A DNA stretch of 63,722 bases, the filler included, from Collodictyon triciliatum (Eukaryota), in assembly GCA_043381765.1 (NCBI GenBank). It is 32 parts of 32 records of this genome, joined end to end, with 100 filler letters (N's around TTAATTAATTAA, not from the genome) between each part and the next. Parts side by side here need not be neighbours in the genome. Positions count along the whole stretch, not along the records: positions 25,278 to 27,118 come from JBHJMP010010087.1; positions 27,219 to 29,059 come from JBHJMP010010088.1; positions 29,160 to 31,000 come from JBHJMP010010089.1; positions 31,101 to 32,940 come from JBHJMP010010090.1; positions 33,041 to 34,880 come from JBHJMP010010091.1; positions 34,981 to 38,544 come from JBHJMP010010092.1; positions 38,645 to 40,483 come from JBHJMP010010093.1; 25 more parts are not named here. One strand, written 5' to 3'. The notes under the pieces are model-generated. The model was not told where the DNA came from and did no database searches. It saw nothing but the letters and a program-made list of their open reading frames with translations. The translations under genes and the position numbers were made by a program. Shown here piece after piece: positions 25,521-40,583 of this stretch (its first letter is position 1; each line of letters opens with the position of its first letter).

Positions 25521-26810
25521 GGGATTATTTCCAATCTCAAAAGCTGTTAATTTGCTTAGGGAACTAATAGTGCCACTTAAACGAGATATCTCATTAGAAT
25601 TTACATCCAAAAGAAAAAGGTTACTCATCAACATTATTCCATGAGGCAGTGATGAAAGCTTGTTTTTACTGACATCAAGCTCTGTTATATTTGTGAGAAA
25701 TGAAATTTCAATAGGAATGTGACTAATTTTGTTATGGTGTATCTGGAGATTTTGTATTTGAACCAAAGATGATATTTCCACAGGAATGCTCTTTATATAA
25801 TTGAATCCAAGCTTTAATGTATGTAAACTAGAAAACACAGATAGCCTTAAAGGGATTGATGTTAAGGAGTTGTGTTCAAGAAATAGTTCTTTCAATAGCC
25901 CCATTTCACCGATTTCATCTGGGAAAGTTGTCAAAGAATTGTGGGAGCATACAAGCTTGCAAAGTCTTGACATGCTATGAATTCCAGAGGGGAGTGTCTC
26001 AAGCATATTGTATGACAGACAAATCTCTGACAAAAAGACAAGATTTGAAATACTTTCAGGCACTTTCTTCATGTTATTTCTGCTTAAATATAAAGCCTCC
26101 AGGTTATTTGATAATGGTATAGTGTCCACAAGAGAATGTATGTCGTTTTGGTTGAGATAGAGATGCTTCAGGCTTTGAGACGAGAATATACCCCTTGATA
26201 GATCCGTGAGCTTATTATCATCTGCGTAGAGGAGTCTCAAATTTTCAAGCGCGGATATTTGGGTGGGAATATACATCAGCTGATTTTGATTCAGCCAAAG
26301 AGCAGTGAGAGAGTGCATATGCGATATTTGCTTCGGCAGATAACTGAGTCGGTTTTGATTTAATGACAGAATTTCAAGGCTGGATAGAAGCGATATTTTA
26401 TCTGGTACTCTGTCTAGGGAGTTCTGATCCAAGTACAGTTCCCTTAGGAGAGGAAGCTTGAACATTCCAGAGGGCAACTCCCAGAGGCGGTTTTGGGCCA
26501 CGTCAAGGAAAGCAAGGTAGTGCAAGCGACTAACACCAGAAGGGATTGATGTTAGAGAGTTTTCTCGGAGACTAAGCCTGGTAAGATTCGAAACGCCGTT
26601 GATATGTTCAGGATATCCCGCCAAATGGGCTTCATTGCAGTTGACTTCCAAGAGGTTTGTCAGTAAGCTGATTTCTGGTGGGATGCTGCTTATGTAGTAG
26701 AATGATAATGATGTAGACTCGGGAAAACTTGAAGGAGACCTCCAAGCCGGACGAGACAGAAGAATACTATCGTAACTTGAGCTCTGAGGAGCAGAGTGCT
26801 GGTTCCCCAT
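25521..26810 (-). CDS. Leucine-rich repeat protein (about 17 LRRs of 23 aa) with N-terminal MGxxxS motif; continues past a GTGAGT donor
   Basis: Regular LxxLxLxxNxLxxLPxxI repeats. Starts MGNQHS at ATG 26810. Confidence 0.92.
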
Positions 26811-27970
26811 GTCGCCCCAATCCCTTTGCTGAGGTGGTGGTGTGGAGATGTGAGTATGCAATCGGTAAAGAAACAAAGAAACAAAGAAACAAAGAAACAA
26901 AGAAACAAAGAAACAAAGAAACAAAGAAACAAAGAAACAAAGAAACAAAGAAATATAGATAAAAGATAAAAAGATAAAAAGATAAAAAGATAAAAAGATA
27001 AAAAGAAGAAAAGGAGGAAAGAAGAAAAGAAGAAAAGAAGAAAAGAAGAAAAGAAGAAAAGAAGAAAAGAAGAAAAGAAGAAAAGAAGAAAAGAAAAAAG
27101 AAAAAAGAAAAAAGAAAANNNNNNNNNNNNNNNNNNNNNNNNNNNNNNNNNNNNNNNNNNNNTTAATTAATTAANNNNNNNNNNNNNNNNNNNNNNNNNN
27201 NNNNNNNNNNNNNNNNNNAAAAGAGAAAAGAGAAAAGAGAAAAGAGAGAAAAAAAAGAGAGAAAAAAAAGAGAGAAAAAAAAGAGAGAAAAAAAAGAGAG
27301 AAAAAAAAGAGAAAAAAAAGAGAGAAAAAAAAGAGAGAAAAAAAAGAGAGAAAAAAAAGAGAGAAAAAAAAGAGAGAAAAAAGAGAGAAAAAAAGAAAGG
27401 AAAAAAAAAAGAAAGGAAAAAAGAGAATGAAAGAAAGGAGATCAAAAACGTGACTGCAAGTTATTGTCAACACAGTGAGGAGCCCAGATTCTCTACAACG
27501 CGGAAACAGACGCGCTGCATCGGGCTGTGGCGGCCTCTTCCCTTCTTCGTCACCATCTTTGTAACGAACGCCTGATGACCTTCCCATTTGCGTTTGTTGA
27601 TCCATTCCAAACAAGCACATATTTTCAAACCACAATTCTTACTTTTTTTCTCTCCCTTTTTTTTTAACTTTTTTATTTTATTTTTTCCTATCTTGTCCTT
27701 TTCTTTCATCTCCATTTCTCATTTTCCTTTGGCCTAACCAGAGTACGATAAGGACTGACTCAGGGCGGCCCGTTTCTCATGCTTGTCAGTCGAGTGGTCG
27801 ACAACCCTATGAACACCATCGCATAGATGGTTTGGGGCTCACCATAATGGCGAACTATTTCTTTCTTTTCTCTTTATTTCTCTTTTTTTCTGCTTTCTTC
27901 TCCCAATTTGCTCTCGTGAGCTTTGGAGGTCAGCTAAAAAAAAAAAAAAAATACAGCCCAGGTTGTGTTC

Positions 27971-28879
27971 ATGGGAGGGCTCGTTAGCAAAAGACCTGCA
28001 GTTGCACCAGTCCAAATATCTTCGGTTAAAGTTGAAGAGGAACGCCTTCAAGACCCTTTGGCAAAATCAGAAGCAACTCTACGCGTTTGTTAATTGCAAT
28101 TACCACAATAATTATTACTACCAAATACACCCCTAAGCTATACTCTACTTATTCTCAACATACCTTTGTCCTTCTTATTCTTTGAACTAGAGCATTTTCA
28201 ATCGCGAATAACTTTAATTAAACAATAGTCTATAAAAGAGAGGGTATAAATATGTGAGAAAAAAAGAAGTGATATGTGCATATGTGCGATGTATTTCTCA
28301 TCGCCTTATGATCCATCATCGTTCGTAGTTGGATGCAGATTCGATGGGGCTGAGAGACTTGCCTGTGGACTTTTTTTCAAATTCTGAAGTGAAAACAGCA
28401 TCTTTTTCAAGGAATCAGTTATCGAATCTTTCTGAAGATATCACTAGGCTAACCTTGCTCTTCGAATTGACTGTAATACATTTTTACGATAATAATGTCT
28501 AATTCTCGTTCCATTTATTCTTTGCCCATTTGTCGACCAAAACATATACAGTAAATCCGTATGTTGATAATGAAATGAAGGCATCTCATAAGATAACCAC
28601 AAACGATTAATTAAGCTCGACAGAAATCGACTTTCAAGATTGCCTGCGACCTTTGGAGTTTTGTCACACCTACAACAACTGAATCTAAAACATAATATTT
28701 TAATGGAGCTCCCAAAATCCTTTTCCAGACTGAGGCAGCTCAAATCAATTAACTTGTATAGTAATCGGCTCTCATATTTGCCTGATGAAATAACCTGTTT
28801 GTCGCAATTAACTTTTATGGATATATCATATAATAATTTATCTAGCCTACCAAAACTCGGATCATTTCGAGGTTTAGAG
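27971..28879 (+). CDS. Leucine-rich repeat protein, 5' three exons, N-terminal MGGLVS motif
   Basis: MGGLVSKRPAVAPVQ...ATLR / LDADSMGLRDLPVDFFSNSEVKTASFSRNQLSNLSEDITRLTLLFELT / LDRNRLSRLPATFGVLSHLQQLNLKHNILMELPKSFSRLRQLKSINLYSNRLSYLP... Confidence 0.85.
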
Positions 28880-28951
28880 GTTTTTTTAAATACTAATATT
28901 AATAAATAATAAGAATAAATAATAAAAATAAATAATAAAAATAAATAATAT

Positions 28952-29059
<108 letters not shown>

Positions 29060-29159
29060 NNNNNNNNNNNNNNNNNNNNNNNNNNNNNNNNNNNNNNNNN
29101 NNNTTAATTAATTAANNNNNNNNNNNNNNNNNNNNNNNNNNNNNNNNNNNNNNNNNNNN

Positions 29160-29243
<84 letters not shown>

Positions 29244-29753
29244 TCAGATTAAATGGATACAATCATTAGATGTAAATATTTAAATTCCACTGACCATGAA
29301 AATAAATACTATATGCATCGGCGAACCAGAAGGAGTAATAAGGAAATTGCGTCTGTCAAATATATATAAAGTCTCAAAGACCAGGAATGATGCAGGGTGG
29401 ATAAAATGATAGACTCTAAACGTATTTATTGCATTATTATCTAAATTGTGAGTCGTTACAATTGAAGTTTATGCATAGGAAAATAATTGTGAAATAGAAT
29501 ATTCAATAAAAAAAAAAAACCGATGACACTTGCCTCTTGAAATTATTCGGGCAAAACGATGAAAATGATAATATTAAACACATAAGTAATGTTATCAGGC
29601 TTGGTAGGTAGTCGGGTCGAAAACTATAATCCTTCCTATTGAATAATCAGATCTGAATTACGATAAGACACTGGTAATAAAAAAAAAAGTTGAAATTTCA
29701 AAAGGACGGAATGTTAGTATCTCAAAAAGAAAACAGTACATAGTATAATCTTA

Positions 29754-30645
<892 letters not shown>

Positions 30646-31307
30646 GGCTGGGAAGCAAAAGCTGGTTGGGGCACGGCTTGCGGCAGGGGCGAACGACGCT
30701 TTGTTGCTACCCTTTCTAGTTGTGTGGTTTCCTTAATTTCTGTCTTTTCTTTTTTTTTTCTTCTTCTTTTTTTCTTCTTTTCTTTCCTCTTTTTTTTCTT
30801 CTTTTTTTCTTCTTTTTTCTTCTTTTTTTCTTCTTTTTTTTCTTCTTTTTTTTCTTCTTTTTTTTCTTCTTTTTTTTCTTTTTTTTCTTCTTTTTTTTCT
30901 TCTTTTTTTTCTTCTTTTTTTTCTTCTTTTTTTTCTTCTTTTTTTTCTTCTTTTTTTTCTTCTTTTTTTTCTTCTTTTTTTCTTCTTTTTTTTCTTCTTT
31001 NNNNNNNNNNNNNNNNNNNNNNNNNNNNNNNNNNNNNNNNNNNNTTAATTAATTAANNNNNNNNNNNNNNNNNNNNNNNNNNNNNNNNNNNNNNNNNNNN
31101 AAAAAAGAAAAAAAAGAAAAAAAAGAAAAAAAAGAAAAAAAAAAGGAAAAAAGGAAAAAAGGAAAAAAGGAAAAAAGGAAAAAAAGGAAAAGGAAAAAGG
31201 AAAAAAAAGGAAAAAGGAAAAAAAGGATAAAAAAAAGGAAAAAAGAACAAGCAAGCTACGAAAGAACCGATAGCGACAACAGCAACAACACCGCTTCGCT
31301 AATCTCA

Positions 31308-32718
31308 CCTTTTAATACTAAGGATAAGTCACAATAATCCTGGATACGATAGCGGTGTTGATTCTTATTATCCCAAATGACAGAGCACCAACCTTCCAAT
31401 CCAGATAATTTATAAATAACACCTTCCATTCCGATACCACCATCCTGGTCCTTCCATGAACGAGAGTCGTACCCCATTCCCCTGGCTACTCTCAAACCTG
31501 GTATTGCTAAACTTGAAGAAATATCCCGGTTGAAGGTCTCAAGCATCAGAGGTGCTAAATATGGTTGTTTTTTTTTTTAAAAAAAAAAGAAGTTAATTAT
31601 AAACACCAGTATAACTATCAGAGGATTGGCAACACTCACTCACTCACTCACTCATCCATTCAATAAATAAAATAAAGGGTGATATGCATACCTTTGGAGG
31701 AAAATATCAGTTCATATTTGTTTTCTCTGCCAATGCTGTGAGTATTTTTCGTTGTGTTCATCCACTCAACTTCGCATGTTTTGCTAGTTTCATCGATAGA
31801 CAAGATCACGCCTTCGTGGAAAACAGCTGGAAAATTTCCAGACATCCAATGCAAACCAGGCATAACCTTTGCTCCAACGTATGAGTTGGAAGTGTTGACA
31901 ATTGGGTAAAATTCTGTGCATTTGTTGATAAATAAGCGGAACCTTGATAAATATTTATTCGAAAATTTCTGAAAGCATGAAACATACATATGTGGTATTT
32001 CAGATGAATGAATGCATCCTCTCCCTCTCGATATTGTGTTAATGAATTCTTCTGAGCTTCTTTTTTCTCTCGAAGATAAATGAAATATTACTAAAGTCTT
32101 GGATTGGTTCAGAGTTGGCCGAGTACTGTTCGTGAGGATGTGATGTGGGGTAAAACACTAGTTCATATCCACTTCTGTGACTCACACAGCTCGTTGTGAC
32201 CTCCTCAGTGTTTACCCAGAATATCTTCCAAATATCCTTATCTATTTTTTCAAGCAAGAATCCCTGACAGTCATTTCCCTCATCTTTTCCTGCATCTTTC
32301 CAATCAGGGCCCCTGAATACAGGTAACCCAGCTCTCGCATGGAATTGTCCCAAACGCTGTGGTCCCTTAGGATCTGGTTTATATTTAAATTGAGCCATTT
32401 GGATGGGTGATTTTTTCTTGCTTTCAATTTGTGTAAAACGAGGTATATTCTTTCCGGTCAACACATGTCACTGAGATTAACCAACTTACCTGGTAAAGAG
32501 CAAACAGCGAGGTCATACCTCCCTTCATTCCCACAGCGGTAATAGTTAAATTCGTTTGAATGAAGCCAATATACACACGCCCTTGCATCACCTCCAGACT
32601 CAATAATAACTCCGTAGGGAACTTCTCCTCCTTGATCACCCCATATCCAATGAGGACCTCTTGTTACGATAACACCAGGAAGTATCAAGTTTGGGACAAC
32701 AACTATTCTGTTTCTTAC
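31308..32718 (-). CDS. Protein with four tandem MIB/HERC2 domains (internal exons)
   Basis: PGVIVTRGPHWIWGDQGG...VYW...NYYRCGNEGRYDL; AGLPVFRGPDWKDAGKDEG...IFW...GYEL; VGAKVMPGLHW...VEW...IGRENKYEL; PGLRVARG...WKDQDGGIGMEGVI...WCSVIWDNKNQHRYR. These fit the GxRVxRGPDWxWGDQDGG...VxW...YRxG...YDL consensus. Confidence 0.88.
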
Positions 32719-32851
32719 TAGGGAGAGAAATTTTCGTAAATAGTTTATGCTATTAGATGAGCTTTGTATAGTTGAAATTATAGATACCATTAACGCAAAT
32801 GGAAATCAAAGCATTCATGGATTTAGCTTCTTTTTTTAAATGATGATGATG

Positions 32852-32940
<89 letters not shown>

Positions 32941-33541
32941 NNNNNNNNNNNNNNNNNNNNNNNNNNNNNNNNNNNNNNNNNNNNTTAATTAATTAANNNN
33001 NNNNNNNNNNNNNNNNNNNNNNNNNNNNNNNNNNNNNNNNCCTGCTGAAACACGCCCGCATTCTTCGCTACTCTGACCGCAAGCGAAGAGAGATGTGGGA
33101 ATGTGTCGTGCGATATCTCCCACAGCATATCCAACCCCTGCTACCCACGCAATCAATCAACCAGTTGGGACGCCCACCTGACCAACTCGCTATACTGATT
33201 TCTTTCCAGTCCTACCCTCTCCACGGTAGTGTCTTCTCCTACTCGCGTTTGCTCTCTACTGTGCGCACCTATCTCGCCCCTTATGAGACATAAGCTTTTG
33301 TGGTAAAAAAATCTAATAAAGAAAACAGGCCAACACGAAGATGAAAAGATGCTGGAGGGGTAGGAAAATGGTACATACAATTAATTATTTTTTTTAACTT
33401 TCATGGTGCTACATCTTGATTTTAAGAGCTTCACCAAATTAGTTTCCATTTTATTTATTTCCTCTTGGAGAACCCCGTGGCTAAGTGATGTGGTAGTTAA
33501 CTCAGATTCGAGTGCCTTAGAAAGGAGAAAGGGTTCTTGAA

Positions 33542-34099
<558 letters not shown>

Positions 34100-34980
34100 T
34101 TACTTCAGGCTGTTGTTGCGGTTGGTATCCCGATTCCTTATTAATTGCCACGCCGCACTCAACTGGCTCGGATGAAAGTTTATATGGGCGCTCAGGATGG
34201 CATCTATGTACTTCGAACCTGCAATTTGTCTCATTTTGGTTGTGGTAAGGAAGAGCGGCTAACAGTGCAAATATTACCACATGTATTTTACCGTAATAAT
34301 TTTCTGGTAATCCGTTTCGGCAAGGTTCGTTATGGACGGCCCCAAAATCAAGAAACGGATATCGAAATGATGGACGAAACACCAGACGATTTGCCCGAAA
34401 GTGCTTCATCAAGTTCGCCAATGAACACAGAGGAAGCAGTATCAATCGTGGAATGGCTCCAAAGTGGAGGAAACATCACTAGCCTCAAAGATTTCCAACC
34501 TCCTCATGCCGATGATATCTCACCAAGCTCACCTTTAAACTATGGAGAGGACGCGAGGAAAGTGAAATCCAAGCCAACTCGGTAACAGAATCGGGAAACA
34601 GCATAATGGCACCCAGCAAACCACACCCACCTGCCTCCTTAGAGGGCATGACTCCTGGGACCACTCAAGAGACTCTTTCTTCAGCAAGTACTGCGCAATC
34701 CATAAGAAGCGACGTCCCAGACTCGGGATTGGAAGAACAACAGTCCATCCAACCTGTCGTCATCATATAAGGTTCTGCTGAAGGAGAAAGTGAGCACCTT
34801 GAAGCTTCGGGAGCGACAAATTACTCCTCAAGTACTGTTTATGGGACCAGACCTGCTGTCGAAACTCTTGCGACTCCCCANNNNNNNNNNNNNNNNNNNN
34901 NNNNNNNNNNNNNNNNNNNNNNNNTTAATTAATTAANNNNNNNNNNNNNNNNNNNNNNNNNNNNNNNNNNNNNNNNNNNN

Positions 34981-37595
34981 ACTTTGTTGCTTCTCTCTTC
35001 ACGGAAGCCAATCTGTCTGCCATCTTTGCCAGAACGTTCAATCCTGAGGTACTGTCGTTCTTATTCTCCAATAATTTGAAACATCTCTCCTAAATTGGTC
35101 GTAAATTTCATAATTCTGAAGCGAGAGCTGAATAACCTTCATTGAATCCATAAAGGATTCATCTGCTTCGCGATACGGAGTGAACATCTTGAACGAATTT
35201 ATCAACGTCTTTGCTGGAAATCAACTCTCTATCCAACCAAATCCTTTCTCCGTGTACGCTGCTGTCTTCAAACATCACGCACCAAACGTCTCGTCATTCT
35301 TGGCCCGTGACTCTGTATGGCATCATCCATTCACATATAACTTCTTAACCCCCTTTTCAAAAAGGACTTATTTCCTTGGTTCCCCGGAGAACTATCTGCC
35401 ATCAGGGCATACATTATGATCTAATAATTTTCATGCGGTGTAAATAACCATCATTCCATCTGAAGACACAAGAGATTGGATTCACATTTGGTCGCATCAG
35501 CCCACTTGGAACCAGTCGTATTATCCTTGCCGAATTAATTCTGAAGACTATCCGGTCCTTTCCCAATGACCTTCAAACAACTTTTGTAGAACAAGGCTTG
35601 GTTAAATCTCTTATCGTAAGTCCTTTTAATTTTCATTTTCATTTCATTCTGTTGCAGGAAAAAGAAGTCATACATACTCACACATCTGGATTGCCTGATT
35701 TGATTACAGGAACTTTTCTTCAAATTCCCATTCAACAGCCTTCTCCATGGTATTGTATATGAAGTTGTCCTTGTTATCGTGAAAGGAGGATTAACTGAGT
35801 TTTATCCCCAGGTATGCGGGGCTATATTTATGCCACTTTTATCCTGCACACCTCAAATCAGACTGAATGGGTAACCTTGCTTGCATTTTAATTTACTTTT
35901 ATTCATAGCTGTTCACGGAATCCGGCCTCATCAGGAAAACAATTGAAGTTTACCCTGAGACTCACATACAGTAGGCCTTCTACACTTTTTGATATGTAGC
36001 GAACACCGACTATAGTTCAGAAACTTAAATGGTGTATTATACGATTATATTTATATATGTGTGATTAATTTAATTTACCATTTTTAAGCGAAATCGGTGC
36101 ATCATCCCACCGTCCTGGATATTGCGGTTTCCTCACCAAAATTTCTAATTTGATTGAAGAATCAAAAGGTTCACTGCAAGCATACCTGGGTGAGTAAGAA
36201 CATTTATTGTTTTATGCATTCCATATATTCTGCAGGGTTGAGTGGTCTCATTCCTATGTTGTCCTATTTAAAGAAATAGGTTGGATTGGTGTTTGATTTC
36301 TTTTTCTTTTTTGTAAGACTCTGAGTGGGATGTGTTTGTCTCCACCAAGCTTCAGAAGCAAAACAATGTGGAAAAACCGCCTTCCCATGACGAGTCGGTA
36401 AGTGAAAAAAAAAAACCCTCCTGATGTATATGTTTAATAATTATGCCCCAGAGCGAATATATTACCATTGCATACTTTTGAATCGAATAAAGGGGGGGGG
36501 NNNNNNNNNNNNNNNNNNNNNNNNNNNNNNNNNNNNNNNNNNNNNNNNNNNNNNNNNNNNNNNNNNNNNNNNNNNNNNNNNNNNNNNNNNNNNNNNNNNN
36601 NNNNNNNNNNNNNNNNNNNNNNNNNNNNNNNNNNNNNNNNNNNNNNNNNNNNNNNNNNNNNNNNNNNNNNNNNNNNNNNNNNNNNNNNNNNNNNNNNNNN
36701 NNNNTTTATGCAAAATCTAAATGCCCTCTATTTTTTTTTTTTTTTTAGTGATAAAGGTACAATTCCAGAAATACCCAAAGCTCTGCATCATAAATCACGT
36801 ATCCGATTGCCGCACAAACTTTAGTTTATATGTCTTTTTCAGACACTTTCATCGGATTCTAGTCTGTTTCATTTACTCATCACATCACATTTTAATTTAA
36901 TTCATTTTCAACCTAACTCATACCCCAAACGGAAACTGACCACAGACGACCTGGATGAAGAGTCTGCTCAGTAATACCATTGTCTTCTTTTCCTTTTTTT
37001 CTTAAAAATACAGAAAATGAAGTATACACTGAAAGAAATAAACGACAGCAAGCCGATTCAATAGAATCATCATATCCTATTGCTGTTTTCTTTGAATCGA
37101 ATAAAGGAAAAAAAATCCTATTGCTGTTTTTTTTTTTTTTTTTTAAAGAACCAGCAGTTTTGTTGCTTGGACATATTCATCTTTTATACATGTAAATACA
37201 GACTTTATCACTCATCCACAAACTCGATTCACAGAGAAGGACTCCCCGAAGGAGACGAAATGGCGATTGGGACGGAAGACACCGAAGACCCCTTCGACTA
37301 CGAAGGTGAAGGCGGAGAAGAGCACCAGAGCCAACCTGCAGCCACCCGCTTCGAAGAAACAGATGAGAATGAGGACGAAGCTGTCAACACAGAGGAGCCA
37401 ATGCTCTCACAAGAACAACAGCAGGCACCTACCGAGGAAGCCGTTAACTCTGCCTCTGCTGAGGCGACAGAGTCCGCAGAGAGCAGCAGTGAAGCAGTCA
37501 GCTCCGAGGCCATGGCAGAAGACACCCAACCAGAACAGCAGCCGCAGCCGCAACAACCGGAGTCTTTGGAGGAGGCCGCAGCGTCGTCCTCGTAA
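34981..37595 (+). CDS. SAPS-domain protein (PP6/Sit4 phosphatase regulatory subunit), 3' exons, spanning the 204-N gap
   Basis: Exons FTFGRISPLGTSRIILAELI, ELFFKFPFNSLLHGIVYEVV, LFTESGLIRK and RPGYCGFLTKISNLI match SAPS motifs (PLGxxR, LFFxYxxNxxLH, RxGYxGxLTxI). An acidic tail follows after the gap. Confidence 0.88.
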
Positions 37596-38264
37596 TCTCC
37601 GCCCTGGTGACCAACTAGCGCGAGTGGGCAAAACCAACCAGGTGTGGTTGTTGTCGTATATCACTCCTTTCTTTTCTTTATAGGCACAGCCGAACTTGAA
37701 AAAAAGAAAAGAGACCATGTCGCTTTCATTTGTGTGAATTGGGTTTCAGTTTTTGGATTTTGTTATAAGAGTTTGATGGAACAACCGTTGCCTGCGTCAA
37801 TGAATCGAATCGTGTAAGACTGCAGAGAATATCAAGATAACATAGATTGTGTGTTGTAGGAGTCACCCATCTGCATCCGTGTCATTCTTGCAGCAACCAT
37901 CCCGCAAACGCCGACACAGGAACGACTTAATGACGCACATTCACCTCCCTCGTCTTTGTTTTTCCTCCTTTCTTTAAACACACACGCACGCATGTTTTTC
38001 TCGTCATTCCCATCGTCTTTCTTTTATTCCTTGCACTTCGAATAAAACAAATCATACAATAATCACACATGATGTTGGTACAGTCTGTGTGCTCTCGAAT
38101 TCTGTTCACGATCTCTCGTCATTTCGATTACGCTTTGCTGAAGAAGAAAGAAAACAAATGACACAATGGCAAGAATGATTCGATGGTATGATGACTTTAT
38201 CTTGCAAGGCACTTTGATTAGCAGCCGTTCCTATTCTTTTCCGAGTACATATCGCATTTGCGCC

Positions 38265-38444
38265 TCATTGGCAGCCCCACTGCTTCACAGCGACCGGGCA
38301 ATCACGGAACTTCATCAGCGCCTCGACAATCTGTGATGGCTCAATCAGAAGACTGACTTCCTGGAATTCCTTCAGGTGGTGGTTTGTGGAGTCCAAGCGG
38401 ATGAGCTCCAGCTTCGCAAGGTGCTCAAATGCCTTTACATGTAT

Positions 38445-38483
<39 letters not shown>

Positions 38484-38544
38484 CTATTGGATGCTGCTGG
38501 GAAAAATTCGGCGATAGAAATACTACAGGGCAATACCTTAAATG
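38265..38544 (-). CDS. ORC4: Origin recognition complex subunit 4, C-terminal end
   Basis: K/AFEHLAKLELIRLDSTNHHLKEFQEVSLLIEPSQIVEALMKFRDCPVAVKQWGCQ* matches the ORC4 terminus (KAFEHLxxLELI...CPxxVxQW). Confidence 0.85.
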
Positions 38545-40583
38545 NNNNNNNNNNNNNNNNNNNNNNNNNNNNNNNNNNNNNNNNNNNNTTAATTAATTAA
38601 NNNNNNNNNNNNNNNNNNNNNNNNNNNNNNNNNNNNNNNNNNNNCTCTGTTAGGAGTTTCCCTTGGCAGTAAAGCAACTTCAAATGACGCTTCTAGATTC
38701 ACATACATTTTATGAAAAGTATAAATATTACAATAGAGATCAGAAAAAGCCTAACTTGTGCCTCCGTCACGCCGTCCGAATTCGTATCAGGTATTATATT
38801 TAATTATGTATATAATTGTAAATATTAGCGGAAATTGTTAAGAGAGCAGGCTAACGGTATTGTAAAAGTCATGAACCCGCACCAAAAAGAGATACGTCAG
38901 ACACCACCCCTCCCCCAGGACATGTGAGACTACAAACAACGCACTAGCACTACCTATATACACCCACCGTTCGAGGCCTTTTTACCAACATAAGAAGGTT
39001 TACTATATGGTGAGCTTTGTACTCATGTTTATATACCGCTTCTTTATGCGATTCAAGGAAAAGAGGTTTCCATTCTCATTCTACTCATCTTAATACAATT
39101 TTTTTGCAGGATTTGTAGGCTTGAAGATTTCCAAATAATCCACACACCCCTCCCCTCCAACTCAACATGCAAGATTAAAAGCGTTTATTTTCACACCTGA
39201 AATTGATGACCGAACCGCCTTTTTTGCAGACAGATCACGCCATTTTTTTTCTGTGAGTAATTTTTATATGTACTCAGACATTACTCATATTTCAACAACA
39301 ATATGTACAATAAAATGATTTTTTTAAGAAAAATTATCTATAGGTTGCCAGTGCGCTCAGCGTTCACCTCCTATGCTTCAAACTCTGACAATACGATTCA
39401 TCTTCTCGAAATGTGCCTGATTTGAAAGTTAGACTGTTCTATGGGTCATGAAGTCACCCATTCTCTATCATGTGTTAAACATTTAAAATGCCAACGTTAT
39501 ATTTTCTTTTTATTTTTTGCTTGAGCCGCATTCATACAAGGCAAATATTGTATATCATATTGATCTATATCTGATATATACAAGAAATGTGCAGATTCGT
39601 CGAACCATTTCCGAAATCTACTAAATTATGATGGACAAAATCTCATGATAATTGCAAACGACATTATCATTTGTAGGTATTCATAATATACGTAAAATAT
39701 GTGCTTGTTTCCTTTCGACTCAGATTATGGCTTCCAATTATCTACGATTCGAAATTACCTTAATGTTATCACTAAAAAGGCTGTTCCATATACAGTTTCA
39801 TGTCATTCCATGGAGGCTAAGCAAATAAGTAAGGGAATGTACAGGCCTATCGCATCGGCTGCTGGTTTATTTGAGATGCATTTGTGTATTAATGTTTTGT
39901 TTAACTTAATGAGAATAATTTTTTTCATGAACTTTCAAGCACGATTTGGCTAATGGGTCAGAATGATCTAAACTAACTAATTCTTTGTTCTCAGATAAAA
40001 ATTTTAAATATAGTATAATACATAGTCTAAAAGTAACCACTTTGTTTCAAAAGGCCTCATCTTTCATGATTCACACATTATTTTACCTTTATTTTTACTT
40101 TTAAATATGGGCTTAGTTAAAGATTCATCATTATATAGTAGAAAAATAAGATTGTAATCAAGGGTGGAGTTTTAACCCTCACTATTATACAAATATATAT
40201 ATATATCCGAGAGATTTGTATGAATAATATTCCTTTATAGTGGAGTTATCATGAAAATCAAAAGTGAGAGGAAATATGACGAGCCGATTAATAGTATTGA
40301 ATCAACCGAGGCGGTCAAACAGAGAGAATAGCATAAGATTATAGTATATCACTAGACAATTATTAATCCTATATATTATTCGCATTTAATCAACAGGAAG
40401 ATGTCCGAGCCATCACCAAGCAGACAATCTGACGCCGCCAACCAGCAAGAATCTGGAGACCAGAAACAGACGGAACCAATACGNNNNNNNNNNNNNNNNN
40501 NNNNNNNNNNNNNNNNNNNNNNNNNNNTTAATTAATTAANNNNNNNNNNNNNNNNNNNNNNNNNNNNNNNNNNNNNNNNNNNN

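Noticed and set aside
38645-40483. Small candidate exons of unidentified genes (also in 44461-46295 and 58040-58380)
   Set aside because: Splice phases could not be reconciled or no family motif was recognised, so no call is made.
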